Of a stretch of DNA of 64,000 bases, positions 48,517 to 61,412 are shown piece after piece. A model generated the notes under the pieces. The model saw nothing but the letters and a program-made list of their open reading frames with translations. It had not been told where the DNA came from and did no database searches. Position 1 is the first letter of the stretch. Each line of letters begins with the position of its first letter. The position numbers were made by a program, and so were the translations under genes. The DNA is from Pyrinomonadaceae bacterium. GTDB lineage: Bacteria; Acidobacteriota; Blastocatellia; Pyrinomonadales; Pyrinomonadaceae. The stretch is from NCBI GenBank assembly GCA_046313635.1, contig JBKBYA010000008.1:1-64000 (forward strand), read 5' to 3'.

Positions 48517-50805
48517 TTATTCCGGAGCTTCCAGTTCGCGAGCGAGCGAATCTTGCCAAGCGGCTTCAAGATCGTCGATCGGCTGTGCGATGACGGACGT
48601 ACCGTCGATCGAGATGGCGAGATCCGCGCCTGCTGCACGTCCGATGATCTGAAACGGACATTCGTCGCCGACGATCTCACGAACACGCGACTCGTTGTCG
48701 GGCGAGAAGCTGATGACCACACGCGACGGCGTCTCGGCAAACAGAACGGCCTCGTTCGACAGGCCTTCGGACTTGAGTTCGATCTCGGCACCGACGGCTT
48801 TGCGGCCGAGCGAGGAGAAGCAGCATTCGGCGATCGCGACCGCGAGACCGCCGTCAGAACAGTCGTGGGCCGAATTGAGAAGCTGCTCGTCGGCGAGACG
48901 GAGCACGGTCGACTGGACCTTCTTTTCCAGCTCGAGATCGAGCCGCGGCAGGCGGCCGCTGGCGATCATTTCTTCGGTCGTGCGGCCGAGAACCGATCGT
49001 GCGAATTCGCTCACCGAAAGGTCATCGCCCGTGACGCCGAGGAGCGCAATGACATCGCCTTCGTTCTTGAAACCCTGCGTGATGATCTTTCGCGTGTCGT
49101 CGATGAGGCCGACCATTCCGATGACGGGCGTCGGCAAAATCCCCTTGCCTTCCGTTTCGTTGTAGAACGACACGTTGCCCGAAACGACCGGCGTCTCAAA
49201 TGCCTCGCACGCCTCGGTCATCCCGTCGATCACATCCGAGAACGAACGCATCACCTCGGGACGCTCAGGCGAAGCGAAGTTGAGACAGTTGGTCACGGCG
49301 ATCGGCTTGGCCCCGACGCAGACGACGTTGCGTGCGGCCTCGGCGACGGTGAGCTTTGCGCCTTCTTTTGCGTCGACGCCGACGTAGCGGCCGTTGCCGT
49401 CGAGGCACATCGCGATCGCGCGCCGCGTCTCCTTAACCCGAATGACCGCCGCATCGGCTCCGGGCAAAACGGCCGTGTTGGTCCGCACCATCGTGTCGTA
49501 CTGCTCGTAGACCCAGTGCTTGGAGCAGATGTTTGGTGAAGCGAGGAGCGTCTTCAACGCCAGTTCAAAGTTCAAAGTTCCAGGTTCAAAGTTTGTCGAT
49601 CGCCCTTCAATATCTTCCGACTTTGAACTTTGAACTTTGAACCTTGAACCCGACTCCGCCATCGGCCGGTTGTATTTCGGCGCTTCGTCGGTGAGGGCGA
49701 GGACGGGAAGGTCGGCTTTCAATTCGCCGTTGTGAAATATCTTGAGACGGTCGCCTTCGACGACCTTGCCGATGACGACGGCGTCGAGGTCCCACTTTTT
49801 GAAGATATCGACGACCTGCTTGTCGCGGCCGTGTTTGGCGACGATCAGCATCCGCTCCTGCGACTCGGAGAGCATCATCTCGTAGGCGGTCATTCCCGTC
49901 TCGCGCTGCGGGACGAGAGTGAGGTCGAGCTCGAGCCCTGTCCCGGCACGTGCGGCCATTTCGACGGACGAGCTCGTCAGGCCCGCGGCGCCCATATCCT
50001 GAATGCCGGCGATGGCGCCTGAGCGCATCGCCTCGAGGCAGGCCTCGAGCAGGAGCTTTTCGAGAAACGGGTCGCCGACCTGCACGGTCGGGCGCTTTTC
50101 GAGCGCCTCGTCGTCAAACTCGGCCGACGCCATCGTCGCGCCGTGAATGCCGTCGCGTCCCGTTTTAGCTCCGACGTACAGCACGGGATTGCCTATTCCC
50201 TCGGCCTTGCCAAAAAAGATCTGGTCCTTGCGGACGATGCCGAGCGCAAAGGCGTTGACGAGGGGGTTCAAATTGTACGACTCGTCAAACACGACCTCGC
50301 CGCCGACCGTCGGCACGCCGAAGCAGTTGCCGTAATGTCCGATGCCGGCGACAACGCCTTTAAGGATCGATTTATTTCGATTCGCGTTCTTCGCGTCGTC
50401 GAGCGGGCCAAAGCGCAGGCTGTTCATGGCCGCCACCGGCCGCGCTCCCATCGTAAAGACGTCACGCAAAATTCCGCCAACGCCTGTCGCCGCCCCCTGA
50501 AAAGGTTCGATAAAGCTCGGGTGATTGTGCGACTCGACCTTAAAGGCGATGCACCAGTCGTCGCCGATATCGACGACGCCTGCATTCTCGCCCGGCGGCA
50601 CGATCACGCGCTCGCCCGTTGTCGGCAGCCGCTTGAGATGCACGCGCGACGACTTGTACGAGCAATGCTCCGACCACATCACGCTGAAGATGCCGAGCTC
50701 CGTCAGATTGGGCTCGCGGCCGAGGATCTGTTTGATCCGTTCGTATTCTTCGGGAGTCAGATTGTGCTGCTGGACGACTTCAGGAGTGACAGGCGCTTCG
50801 GTCAT
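48517..50805 (-). CDS. purL: Phosphoribosylformylglycinamidine synthase subunit PurL
   Basis: [53 protein letters not shown]. Confidence 0.97.
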   Translation of the reverse strand: MTEAPVTPEVVQQHNLTPEEYERIKQILGREPNLTELGIFSVMWSEHCSYKSSRVHLKRLPTTGERVIVPPGENAGVVDIGDDWCIAFKVESHNHPSFIEPFQGAATGVGGILRDVFTMGARPVAAMNSLRFGPLDDAKNANRNKSILKGVVAGIGHYGNCFGVPTVGGEVVFDESYNLNPLVNAFALGIVRKDQIFFGKAEGIGNPVLYVGAKTGRDGIHGATMASAEFDDEALEKRPTVQVGDPFLEKLLLEACLEAMRSGAIAGIQDMGAAGLTSSSVEMAARAGTGLELDLTLVPQRETGMTAYEMMLSESQERMLIVAKHGRDKQVVDIFKKWDLDAVVIGKVVEGDRLKIFHNGELKADLPVLALTDEAPKYNRPMAESGSRFKVQSSKSEDIEGRSTNFEPGTLNFELALKTLLASPNICSKHWVYEQYDTMVRTNTAVLPGADAAVIRVKETRRAIAMCLDGNGRYVGVDAKEGAKLTVAEAARNVVCVGAKPIAVTNCLNFASPERPEVMRSFSDVIDGMTEACEAFETPVVSGNVSFYNETEGKGILPTPVIGMVGLIDDTRKIITQGFKNEGDVIALLGVTGDDLSVSEFARSVLGRTTEEMIASGRLPRLDLELEKKVQSTVLRLADEQLLNSAHDCSDGGLAVAIAECCFSSLGRKAVGAEIELKSEGLSNEAVLFAETPSRVVISFSPDNESRVREIVGDECPFQIIGRAAGADLAISIDGTSVIAQPIDDLEAAWQDSLARELEAPE
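49562..49650. repeat. Inverted 7-mer arrays in frame in purL
   Basis: AGTTCAA-type x4 ... ACTTTGA-type x4; encodes [11 protein letters not shown]...[11 protein letters not shown]. Confidence 0.88.
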
Positions 50806-50994
50806 AAATCTGGTAAAAAGAGGCCCCAAAAATAAACAGCTATCTTATCGGTTTTGAATGGGGTTGTCGATCAACGTGCGGCGCGCAGCCCTGACGCCGC
50901 GGGCTGCCGATGATACTTTCTCGGCCGCTATTGCGCGTGATAAGAACGCGATAACCGGAGGCCGCAGGTCTGACCTCAGCTCGATAAAAGAAAT

Positions 50995-51768
50995 ATGAGA
51001 TACGCATTCATTCATTTACGTAAAGCTCTACTCATGACGGCACTCTTATCGCTGGCGGCCGGCATTGCGACCGCTGCCGAAAGGACTCTGCACGGCTCAG
51101 TAAGGACTGTCGGCAACGGCAAGATGCGCTCATGGGTAAAGGTGGACGACGAGAAACTGACGGCGATCGGCGTCACTTTCACCGAGGACGCGCTCAAAGG
51201 GCTGCCGCCCGAGCCGCCGCCCGGCGCCGAGGGCCACGAATATGTCTTTGAGATCCCCGAGGTGGGCAAGGGCTCGCCCTTCAAACACATCCTCGTGAAC
51301 TGGAATCCTTACGGCCACCCGCCGGCGAAGGTCTACGACGTCGGGCATTTTGACTTTCACTTTTACCTGATCTCGGACTCCGAGCGCATGGCTATCACCG
51401 CCGTCGGCGAAGACGCCGCGCGATCGAACAAGCCGCTGCCCGCCGAGCTGACGCCGAAGGGCTACGTCCTCGCGCCTGATTCGGCGATACCGAGAATGGG
51501 TTCGCACTGGGCCGACGTGTCCTCGCACGAGTTTCACGGCAGCCAGTTCACCAAGACATTTCTATTCGGCAGCTACGACGGCAAGTTGATCTTTCTCGAG
51601 CCGATGATCACAAAGGCGTATCTCGAGACGAGGCCGAACGTGGTCGACGACATCAAACTGCCTGCAAAGCTGCCGGTCCCGGGCTATTATCCGACGAAGT
51701 ACAGGGTCGCTTACGACGCGGCGAAAAAGGAGTACACCGTCGCGCTTGAGGCGACCGAGCTTCGATGA
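50995..51768 (+). CDS. Secreted His-rich protein (DUF5602-like)
   Basis: Signal peptide; NWNPYGHPP, HFDFHFY, MGSHW, FLEPMIT. Confidence 0.75.
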   Translation: MRYAFIHLRKALLMTALLSLAAGIATAAERTLHGSVRTVGNGKMRSWVKVDDEKLTAIGVTFTEDALKGLPPEPPPGAEGHEYVFEIPEVGKGSPFKHILVNWNPYGHPPAKVYDVGHFDFHFYLISDSERMAITAVGEDAARSNKPLPAELTPKGYVLAPDSAIPRMGSHWADVSSHEFHGSQFTKTFLFGSYDGKLIFLEPMITKAYLETRPNVVDDIKLPAKLPVPGYYPTKYRVAYDAAKKEYTVALEATELR

Positions 51769-51787
51769 GATCAACGGAGGTGTGCTT

Positions 51788-52651
51788 ATGAGAATACTGA
51801 TAACCGGAGGCACCGGCACGGTCGGTTCGGCGCTGGTGAGCGAACTGCTCGGCAGCGAGCATGAATTACTCGTTCTGACGCGAAGCGAGCAAAAGGCCGC
51901 CGCGTTGCCCGAGGGCGTGACGCCCGTCTGCGGCGATCTGCTCGACCCCGCGACGGTGAGACGAGTGTTTGACGGCGTCGACAGCCTTTTCCTGTTGAAC
52001 GCGACGAGCCCGTCCGAATGTCAGGAAGGCCTGATGGCCGTCAACGGCGCGCGTTTGGCGGGCGTCAAGCGGATCGTCTACGCGTCGGCGATGGGACTCG
52101 AAGGGGCGGCCCACATCCCGCACCTCGGAGCCAAGGTTGCGATCGAGACGGCGGTCAAGGAGTCCGGCATCTCGTACACGATCCTGCGGCCGAACAATTT
52201 TTACCAGAACGACCATTGGTTCAAGGACGCGCTCGTCGAGCACGGCGTGTACCCGCAGCCGTTCGGCAATATCGGCATGTCGAGGGTCGACGTGGGCGAC
52301 ATCGCGCATGCCGCCGCCCTCGCCCTGACCAGCACAAGGGGCGAGGGCGAAACCTTTAACCTCGTCGGCCCCGAAGTGCTGACCGGCGAGAGCAGCGCCG
52401 CCGCGTGGAGCGAGGCGTTGGGACGCGAGATCGTTTACGGAGGCGACGATCTCGACGCGTTCGAGGCGGCGACGCTCGAATGGCTGCCGGCGGTGCTGGT
52501 CTTTGATTACCGTTTGATGTTTGCGCACTTTCAGGCGCACGGCGTACGCGCGAGCGATCGGGACCTCGAGCGGCAATACGAGCTGATCGGCCGCGAGCCG
52601 CGGAGGTTTGCGGACTTCGCACGCGAGACGGCGTCGGTATGGCTCTCGTAG
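51788..52651 (+). CDS. NmrA-like NAD(P)-binding protein
   Basis: ILITGGTGTVG, YTILRPNNFYQN; GGAGG RBS. Confidence 0.88.
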   Translation: MRILITGGTGTVGSALVSELLGSEHELLVLTRSEQKAAALPEGVTPVCGDLLDPATVRRVFDGVDSLFLLNATSPSECQEGLMAVNGARLAGVKRIVYASAMGLEGAAHIPHLGAKVAIETAVKESGISYTILRPNNFYQNDHWFKDALVEHGVYPQPFGNIGMSRVDVGDIAHAAALALTSTRGEGETFNLVGPEVLTGESSAAAWSEALGREIVYGGDDLDAFEAATLEWLPAVLVFDYRLMFAHFQAHGVRASDRDLERQYELIGREPRRFADFARETASVWLS

Positions 52652-52748
52652 CCGTCGTCTCGGCGGGCAGACCGGAGCCCGCCGTCGAGCGAACCAAAGA
52701 CCGCGGTCGGCGGCGGGCCATTTTATTTAAATGCAAAGTAGAACGAGT

Positions 52749-53051
52749 ATGGCAGCGTATTTCTTTTTTGACATGCTGGAGGTTACCGACCCCGCCGGGT
52801 TGGAGAAGTACAGAGAAGGCGTGCTTGAGATCGTCGAGCGATTTGGCGGGCGATATCTGTCGGTTGGCGGGCGGTTTGACGTGGTCGAGGGAGACTGGAG
52901 CCCGACCTTCCCCGTCTTGATCGAGTTTCCGAGTCAAGAGGCCGCCCGGGCGTGGTACGACTCCGAAGACTACCGCGAGCTCAAGGCGCTGCGCCTCTCG
53001 GCGACGCGCGGCAGCGGCGTATTTATCGAGGGCAACGGATTTCCGGCGTGA
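52749..53051 (+). CDS. DUF1330 family protein
   Basis: FGGRYL..GG....EGDW.P...LIEFPS...ARAWYDS.DY. Confidence 0.9.
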   Translation: MAAYFFFDMLEVTDPAGLEKYREGVLEIVERFGGRYLSVGGRFDVVEGDWSPTFPVLIEFPSQEAARAWYDSEDYRELKALRLSATRGSGVFIEGNGFPA

Positions 53052-53064
53052 CCGTCCGCGCGGA

Positions 53065-53565
53065 TCAGGCCATGGCGGGCATGCCGTGGGCTTCCCATTC
53101 CTCTTTTGACGGGCCGTAGACGCCCGGCACCTTAAGGCCGGCCTGGCGCATCAGCACGGTCATCTGGCCGCGATGATGCGCCTGGTGGGCGATCAGGTAA
53201 AAGAGCGTTAGGCCCCGCGCCCAAGTCTCGCCGTACATATTGTCTTCGTCGAGCAGTGTCGCGTCGGTCCAATTGGCGGTGACCTCCTGCGTGACCGAAT
53301 CGGCCGCCGTCCGGTAGGCCGCCGATATCTCGGCCGCGCTCGCGGGGCATTCGCGATCGAATCCGGGCGCGTCGATCTTGAGGCCCGTGTGACCGAGCAT
53401 CTCGCCGAGCGTCTGCGTCAGGTGCCAGGCGAGAAAGCCGAGGCTGCGGCCTTCGGGCGTGACCTTCTGGGCGAGCGACTCGTCGGTCAGGGCGTCGATG
53501 ATCTTTTGCGTCGACTCGGCCTCGTAGTGCCAATCCTTTCGAAAGTCTTCAATTGTTCTCAGCAT
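53065..53565 (-). CDS. DinB family protein
   Basis: RSLGFLAWH, HQAHHRGQMTVLMRQAG..VPGVYGP; ATG 53565. Confidence 0.9.
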   Translation of the reverse strand: MLRTIEDFRKDWHYEAESTQKIIDALTDESLAQKVTPEGRSLGFLAWHLTQTLGEMLGHTGLKIDAPGFDRECPASAAEISAAYRTAADSVTQEVTANWTDATLLDEDNMYGETWARGLTLFYLIAHQAHHRGQMTVLMRQAGLKVPGVYGPSKEEWEAHGMPAMA

Positions 53566-54157
53566 CTTGCTTATCCGGGTTTTCGATCCGTTCCTCGGGA
53601 GGCTTCGGCGGCGCGCTGCTGACGAGCTTTTCGATCTCGGAGCGCAGCGTCGCGACGACGATCTTGCCCTGCCTAAAGTATGCGATCTCGCCATTCGGCC
53701 TGTAGAGGATCGTAAAGGGCAGCCCGCCCGACCAGTCCTTGGCGACCGAGGATATGAGCGCCGACTCGTCGCGCGAAACAAGCAGGTAGGCGGGCATCGC
53801 CGCCCGCATCTCTGTCAGGAATTTTGGCACCGCGCCGCGAATGTCGGCCGCGTCGTCGAGCGAGACGGTGATGAGATCGATCTTGCCCTTGAATTCGGCG
53901 TCGAGCGCGACCAGCTCCGGAAACTCCTCGCGGCACGGGTCGCACCACGTCGCCCAGAAGTTGACCAGCAGCGGACGGCCGTTCGCGGGGAGCAGGAGCT
54001 GCCTGAGACGCGCGTCGTCCACCTCGGTCACGACCGGCGCGGCGGCGGGCGGTTTGCCTGCCGGCCTCGCCGGCCGCTGGGCGAGCGTAGTCATCATTGC
54101 GCCTGCCAAACAGAGATATGCGGCAGCGGCGAGACAGTGCTTTGATCTGAGGCTCAT
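53549..54157 (-). CDS. TlpA-family thiol-disulfide oxidoreductase
   Basis: NFWATWCDPCREE CxxC motif, LPFT, N-terminal signal. Confidence 0.9.
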   Translation of the reverse strand: MSLRSKHCLAAAAYLCLAGAMMTTLAQRPARPAGKPPAAAPVVTEVDDARLRQLLLPANGRPLLVNFWATWCDPCREEFPELVALDAEFKGKIDLITVSLDDAADIRGAVPKFLTEMRAAMPAYLLVSRDESALISSVAKDWSGGLPFTILYRPNGEIAYFRQGKIVVATLRSEIEKLVSSAPPKPPEERIENPDKQDAENN

Positions 54158-54177
54158 TTGATGTCTTGAGTTCCCGC

Positions 54178-54765
54178 CTACCCGCCGACGCGCTTGATCG
54201 TACAGCCAAATGCGTTGGCCGATGTGCGCTCGATCTTTTTACCGCCCAGCGCCGAGTCAAAAGCGGTGCGGAGATAGGTATCGGTCACGCTGCGTCCCGT
54301 GCGGTCGTTGTCGATCGCTCCATGGTACAGCAGCGTGCCCTTTGCATCGACAAAGTAAACCTCGGGGGTAACGGTCGCTCCGACCTTGTCGGCATAGACG
54401 TTGCCCTTGTCGATCAGGACCGGGAATTTGTATCCGTACTCGACGGCGTTTGACCGGACCCACTCGAGCGACTCCGTGGAGTTTGAATTGATCCCGATGA
54501 AATTGATCCCTTTGGCCTGGTAATCGGCGGCGAGAGCGTTGATGCGATCGACATAGAGCCGCACGACCGGGCACTGTGCCGAAAGGAACACGATCACGGC
54601 GCCGTTCTTGCCCTTCAGATCGGCGAACGAACGCGTCGTCCCGGCGGTATCCGGAAGCGAAAGTTCAGGAAGTGTCGATCCCACGGCCGGGACCTGCGCC
54701 CGCGCGGCCTCGGCCCCGGCGAGCGAGACGAGGCCCAGCAAAACAATCAAAGCCAAACGCTTCAT
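54178..54765 (-). CDS. Secreted redoxin (AhpC/TSA-like) protein
   Basis: FLSAQCP, GINSN, ATVTPE, YHGAID, FGCTIK. Confidence 0.88.
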   Translation of the reverse strand: MKRLALIVLLGLVSLAGAEAARAQVPAVGSTLPELSLPDTAGTTRSFADLKGKNGAVIVFLSAQCPVVRLYVDRINALAADYQAKGINFIGINSNSTESLEWVRSNAVEYGYKFPVLIDKGNVYADKVGATVTPEVYFVDAKGTLLYHGAIDNDRTGRSVTDTYLRTAFDSALGGKKIERTSANAFGCTIKRVGG

Positions 54766-54918
54766 AGCTCAAATCTCCTATTCGGTGTATGCGGGAGTGC
54801 GATTTTAACAGCCGCCGCGGCGGCCTAACAAGTTGATGTATTCTACGCCGCGGCGGAGCGGCCGGTTTCAGCTCCGGCCGGGACGCAAAAATTACCTCGC
54901 CCGGCGCGACGGACGTAG

Positions 54919-54927
54919 TGCTATAAT
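54919..54927 (+). promoter_or_regulatory. Extended -10 promoter element
   Basis: TGCTATAAT (TGnTATAAT) about 20 nt upstream of the kinase start. Confidence 0.6.
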
Positions 54928-54947
54928 GCCGCGAGTTTAACAGACAA

Positions 54948-57878
<2,931 letters not shown>

Positions 57879-57888
57879 GAGCAGATCA

Positions 57889-58218
57889 GTGAACAGACCC
57901 AACAAGACAAAGCCCGCCCCGACAACCGGCGACTGGAATTCACAATTGGTCCGACTCAGAGCGATGCTCGACTCGCTAGAAGACATGACGCTGTATTACT
58001 GCTTGTCCGGCCCGACAGAAAAAGAAAAGATGTCGCGGGCCAAACGGCTCGAGAAAAAGCTCGGCCCCCTGACGCGCGAGATCACAAAACTAGCCCATCC
58101 GGCCCGTCGCGCCAAGGGGCCGACGACAAAGCTCGCTTCGGACGACCCGTCCGGCGGCCAGTGCCCGCCGGGATTTTTTGAATGCAACGGCATGTGCGTC
58201 CCGTATCCTTGTCCCTGA
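57889..58218 (+). CDS. Small hypothetical protein with Cys-rich C-terminal peptide
   Basis: AGGAG RBS overlapping the kinase stop; ends GGQCPPGFFECNGMCVPYPCP; followed by a terminator. Confidence 0.7.
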   Translation: MNRPNKTKPAPTTGDWNSQLVRLRAMLDSLEDMTLYYCLSGPTEKEKMSRAKRLEKKLGPLTREITKLAHPARRAKGPTTKLASDDPSGGQCPPGFFECNGMCVPYPCP

Positions 58219-58271
58219 ACGAGTGCGGCCGAGCGAGAACATTCGCAAGGCTGCCTGAGCGACCAAACTTC

Positions 58272-58302
58272 TGAGGCGGGCCGAGGCCCGCCTCATTCTT
58301 TT
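58272..58302 (+). terminator. Intrinsic terminator
   Basis: TGAGGCGGGC-CGAG-GCCCGCCTCA then TTCTTTT. Confidence 0.7.
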
Positions 58303-58354
58303 GGACGACTGGGGCGTTCGCACACCGCCGAACGTACCGTTTCGCGGGCAATGC

Positions 58355-59602
58355 TTACCCAAAAATTCGCGGCAGGCGCCGTTGGACGTTGCGGGGCAGT
58401 AGTATCTCCATCGCGTCGTCAACGGTCACGATACCGGCGATATCGCCGTCGTCGTCCACCACCGGCAAGGCGAGTAAGTTATATTCCGAGATGAGCTGCG
58501 CGACCTGCTCGGCCGAGTCGTCGGGATGCGCAAAGCGATAGTCGTCGCGCATCACCTCGTAAAGCTTTTTGGACGGGTCGGCGAGGATCAGGCTCCGCAG
58601 CGTGATGACCCCGCACAGACGCCAAGAGCCCTCTTTTTCGACGATATAGAGGTAGTAGATCATATTTGGCGTGTCGGCCATCTCGCGCAGTCTGAGGATT
58701 GCCTCGCCAACCGTAAGGTCCCGGGCAAAGACGACGAACTCGGTCGTCATCAGCCCGCCCGCGGTGTCGCTCTCGTACGGCATCAGCTCGGCGACGTCGG
58801 CCTTCTCCTCGTCCTCCATTAGGTCAAAGAGCTCCTGAGCCTTTTCTTCGTCCATCTCGTCGAGCACGTCGACGGCGTCGTCCGGCGACATCTCCTCGAG
58901 GATGTCGGCGGCGCGCTCGCGTTCCATCTCTTCGAGAATGCGGGCCTGGTTCTCGGTTGACATCTCCTCGAGCGTGTCGGCGGCGGTCTCGTTGTCGAGA
59001 CTCTCGACGACCTCTGTGCGATGGATCGGCGACAGAGACTCGGCAAGCTGCGCGATCTCGACCGGATGCAGCCGCGAAAGCTTGTCCTTTGACGACTTGA
59101 GCTGAACCGTTACGGTCGCCGTGTCGGTCGCAAGGTAACCGACGTCGGACCAATCGATCACTTCGACCGGCCGGTCGCTGCCGTAGAAGCCCTGCGGCAT
59201 AAGCCGCCGCATAAATCCCGCAAAGGTCACGTCCGCTCCCGTCACGCGCCAGATCTCGCCGACCTTGATCAGCTGCACGTCGTTCACGCGCACGACACGC
59301 TTGCCGTCCACGTCGATCAACTGGTTGTCGAGAACGTCCTTGGCGAGCAGCACTTCGCCCTCGCGCCGCTCAAAGGGATTGAGGTCGAGAACATTCGTGC
59401 TCAGTCTTGCCCCCATCAGCGACAGCTCGGCGATGTTTCGCCGCGGGATGAAGAACTGTCGCCGACGATACATCGCGACGATGCCGATCACGGGCGGATA
59501 GTCCTCTTTGCCGTAGCGGACGATCAAGTCGCGAATGTCCGCGACGCGGTCGCCGCGCGCGTCGACTATCGGGCGTCTGAGGATCTGCGAAAGGTAAAGC
59601 AC
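58355..59602 (-). CDS. MgtE-like cytosolic protein (PRC barrels + MgtE N-domain + CBS pair), no membrane domain
   Basis: VLDNQLIDVDG.RVVRVND, LEEMSPDDAVD, TAGGLMTTE, YNLLALPVVD..G..GIVTVDD. Confidence 0.88.
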   Translation of the reverse strand: MLYLSQILRRPIVDARGDRVADIRDLIVRYGKEDYPPVIGIVAMYRRRQFFIPRRNIAELSLMGARLSTNVLDLNPFERREGEVLLAKDVLDNQLIDVDGKRVVRVNDVQLIKVGEIWRVTGADVTFAGFMRRLMPQGFYGSDRPVEVIDWSDVGYLATDTATVTVQLKSSKDKLSRLHPVEIAQLAESLSPIHRTEVVESLDNETAADTLEEMSTENQARILEEMERERAADILEEMSPDDAVDVLDEMDEEKAQELFDLMEDEEKADVAELMPYESDTAGGLMTTEFVVFARDLTVGEAILRLREMADTPNMIYYLYIVEKEGSWRLCGVITLRSLILADPSKKLYEVMRDDYRFAHPDDSAEQVAQLISEYNLLALPVVDDDGDIAGIVTVDDAMEILLPRNVQRRLPRIFG

Positions 59603-59796
59603 GAGTCAAAGATAGCTCAACTCTCGTCGCGGCAGAAGGCGGCAGCTAACGGCAACAAATACCTTGACCGTCGTGGTAAACGAAGTTTAAACTTTGATCG
59701 GCGGCCCACGACTCGTGTCTATCCGACCGCTGCCGCTTTCGATCACCCGATCGATGATTCAAGATCGTCTCGCTCCCTCAGTTTGCTTCCTATCTA

Positions 59797-60666
59797 ATGA
59801 GAATCTCAGTCCCGATCATTCTGCTTTGTCTTTTTGCGGCCGCAGCGGACGCGCAGGGACCGTCGAGAGTATTTGATAACTTCGATACCGCGCGCGGCGT
59901 CCGTGTGTACGTTCCGCCGCCGCCGCCGCCGCCCGAGCCCGCCGCCCGCACCGTCCGCAAGCGCGTCGGAGGCCGCTGGGTCGTCGTGGTCGAAGACAAC
60001 CTCGTCAAAAAGACCGGGCAGACCTCGCCCGCCAACTCGGCCGCCGACCGCCTCGCGCCGAGTCGAACGCGCTTTCCAGAGACCCGTCTTGCGATGGGCT
60101 CGAGCCTGCACCTCAAAGGGTTCTCGACCGGCAATCCGCTCTACGATTCGTACATCGTCGAGTCGAGCCAGCGTTACCGGATCGATCCGCTGCTGATTTA
60201 CGCTCAGATGCATCAGGAGTCGACCTTTAATCCCAAAGCGCTCTCGCCCAAAGGGGCGAGCGGTCTGATGCAGCTGATGCCCGCGACCGCACGCCGATTC
60301 GGCGTTACGAATATCTACGACCCGCGGCAGAATATCGACGCCGGCGTCAAATATATGCGCTGGCTGCTCGACACCTTCAACCAAGACGTCGTCCTCGCTC
60401 TCGCCGGTTATAACGCCGGCGAGGGAGCCGTGATGAAGTACGGCAATCAGGTGCCGCCGTACCGTGAGACGCAGGAGTACGTTCGCCGCATCACGTCGCG
60501 CTACCGGCTTGTCTCTGACCCGAAGTACGTCAGTTCGGCTCGCCGCGTCAGCACTCAGGTCGCCGAAAGATTAGAAAAAAAGGAGTCGCGCCCGCTCTAC
60601 GTCTTTGAGCCCGGCGTCGTGACCATCCGGCTCGCCGACGGCAGCATGCGTCTGGTCAACCAGTAA
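59797..60666 (+). CDS. Lytic transglycosylase (SLT domain)
   Basis: QES catalytic motif, GASGLMQLMPATA, LAGYNAGEG, ETQEYV. Confidence 0.92.
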   Translation: MRISVPIILLCLFAAAADAQGPSRVFDNFDTARGVRVYVPPPPPPPEPAARTVRKRVGGRWVVVVEDNLVKKTGQTSPANSAADRLAPSRTRFPETRLAMGSSLHLKGFSTGNPLYDSYIVESSQRYRIDPLLIYAQMHQESTFNPKALSPKGASGLMQLMPATARRFGVTNIYDPRQNIDAGVKYMRWLLDTFNQDVVLALAGYNAGEGAVMKYGNQVPPYRETQEYVRRITSRYRLVSDPKYVSSARRVSTQVAERLEKKESRPLYVFEPGVVTIRLADGSMRLVNQ

Positions 60667-60710
60667 CCGTTCGTTTCTCTTCTCCACCGGTCCTCCGCGG
60701 ACCCAGGATT

Positions 60711-60740
60711 CGGCCGCTTCGACAAGCGGCCGCTTTTTTT
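60711..60740 (+). terminator. Intrinsic terminator
   Basis: CGGCCGCTT-CGAC-AAGCGGCCG followed by T7. Confidence 0.8.
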
Positions 60741-60791
60741 GTCGAGCGGTTTTGCCTGGGATATGATTGTCGGCATCTCGCCGGATAACTT

Positions 60792-61400
60792 ATGACGTGC
60801 TCAAATTGCGGCAGACAGAATGATGCGGACGCGCTCTATTGCCAGAAGTGCGGGCGGCTGCTCGAGGCCGAGGTCGAGACCCGCGTCGCGGCGCGAACTG
60901 CCCCGCCGGCGGCCGATCCGCCGCGGTTTTCGCCGGTCGCCGGGCAGATCGGGGACGAGCGAGAGATCTTTGCGGTCTCGCCGACGCTCAAGTTCGTCAA
61001 GGCCGGTTACGCCGCCGCGGTACTTACCGCCTTTCTGCTCGTCGTACTGCTGAGCCTATGGCCGGCCGTTCCCGTCTGGGCCGCGGTGATCGTCGGTCTG
61101 CTGCTGCTGCTTGTGCCGGGCTTCTATCATTTACGCCGCTCGTTGGTAAGATACAGGTTGACCGACTGCCGGATCGAGATCGGATCGGGGCTCATCGCGC
61201 AGACGAGCCGCAGCGTGCCGCTCGGCCGCATCCAGGACGTGACCGTGGCGCGTTCGATACCGCAGCGGCTACTCGGAATGGGCGATATCATCATCGACAA
61301 CGCCAGCGAGGAGGGCGGAAAGGTCGTGCTCAAGGACATCGACTCGCCGCGAGACCACGCCGATCAGATACTCGCGCAGATGCGCCGTCTCGGCCGATAG
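60792..61400 (+). CDS. Zinc-ribbon + membrane + bacterial PH (bPH_2) domain protein
   Basis: CSNCG...YCQKCG; YRLT...I..G......PL.RIQDV...QRLLG.GD. Confidence 0.8.
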   Translation: MTCSNCGRQNDADALYCQKCGRLLEAEVETRVAARTAPPAADPPRFSPVAGQIGDEREIFAVSPTLKFVKAGYAAAVLTAFLLVVLLSLWPAVPVWAAVIVGLLLLLVPGFYHLRRSLVRYRLTDCRIEIGSGLIAQTSRSVPLGRIQDVTVARSIPQRLLGMGDIIIDNASEEGGKVVLKDIDSPRDHADQILAQMRRLGR

Positions 61401-61412
61401 GCATCACCGAAT

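Noticed and set aside
53549..54765. Selenoproteins among the redoxin genes, given selA
   Set aside because: Active-site residues are ordinary Cys codons; no in-frame TGA was seen.
59914..59934. (CCG)n microsatellite in the transglycosylase gene as a contingency locus
   Set aside because: A trinucleotide run encoding a polyproline linker; length change would not shift frame.
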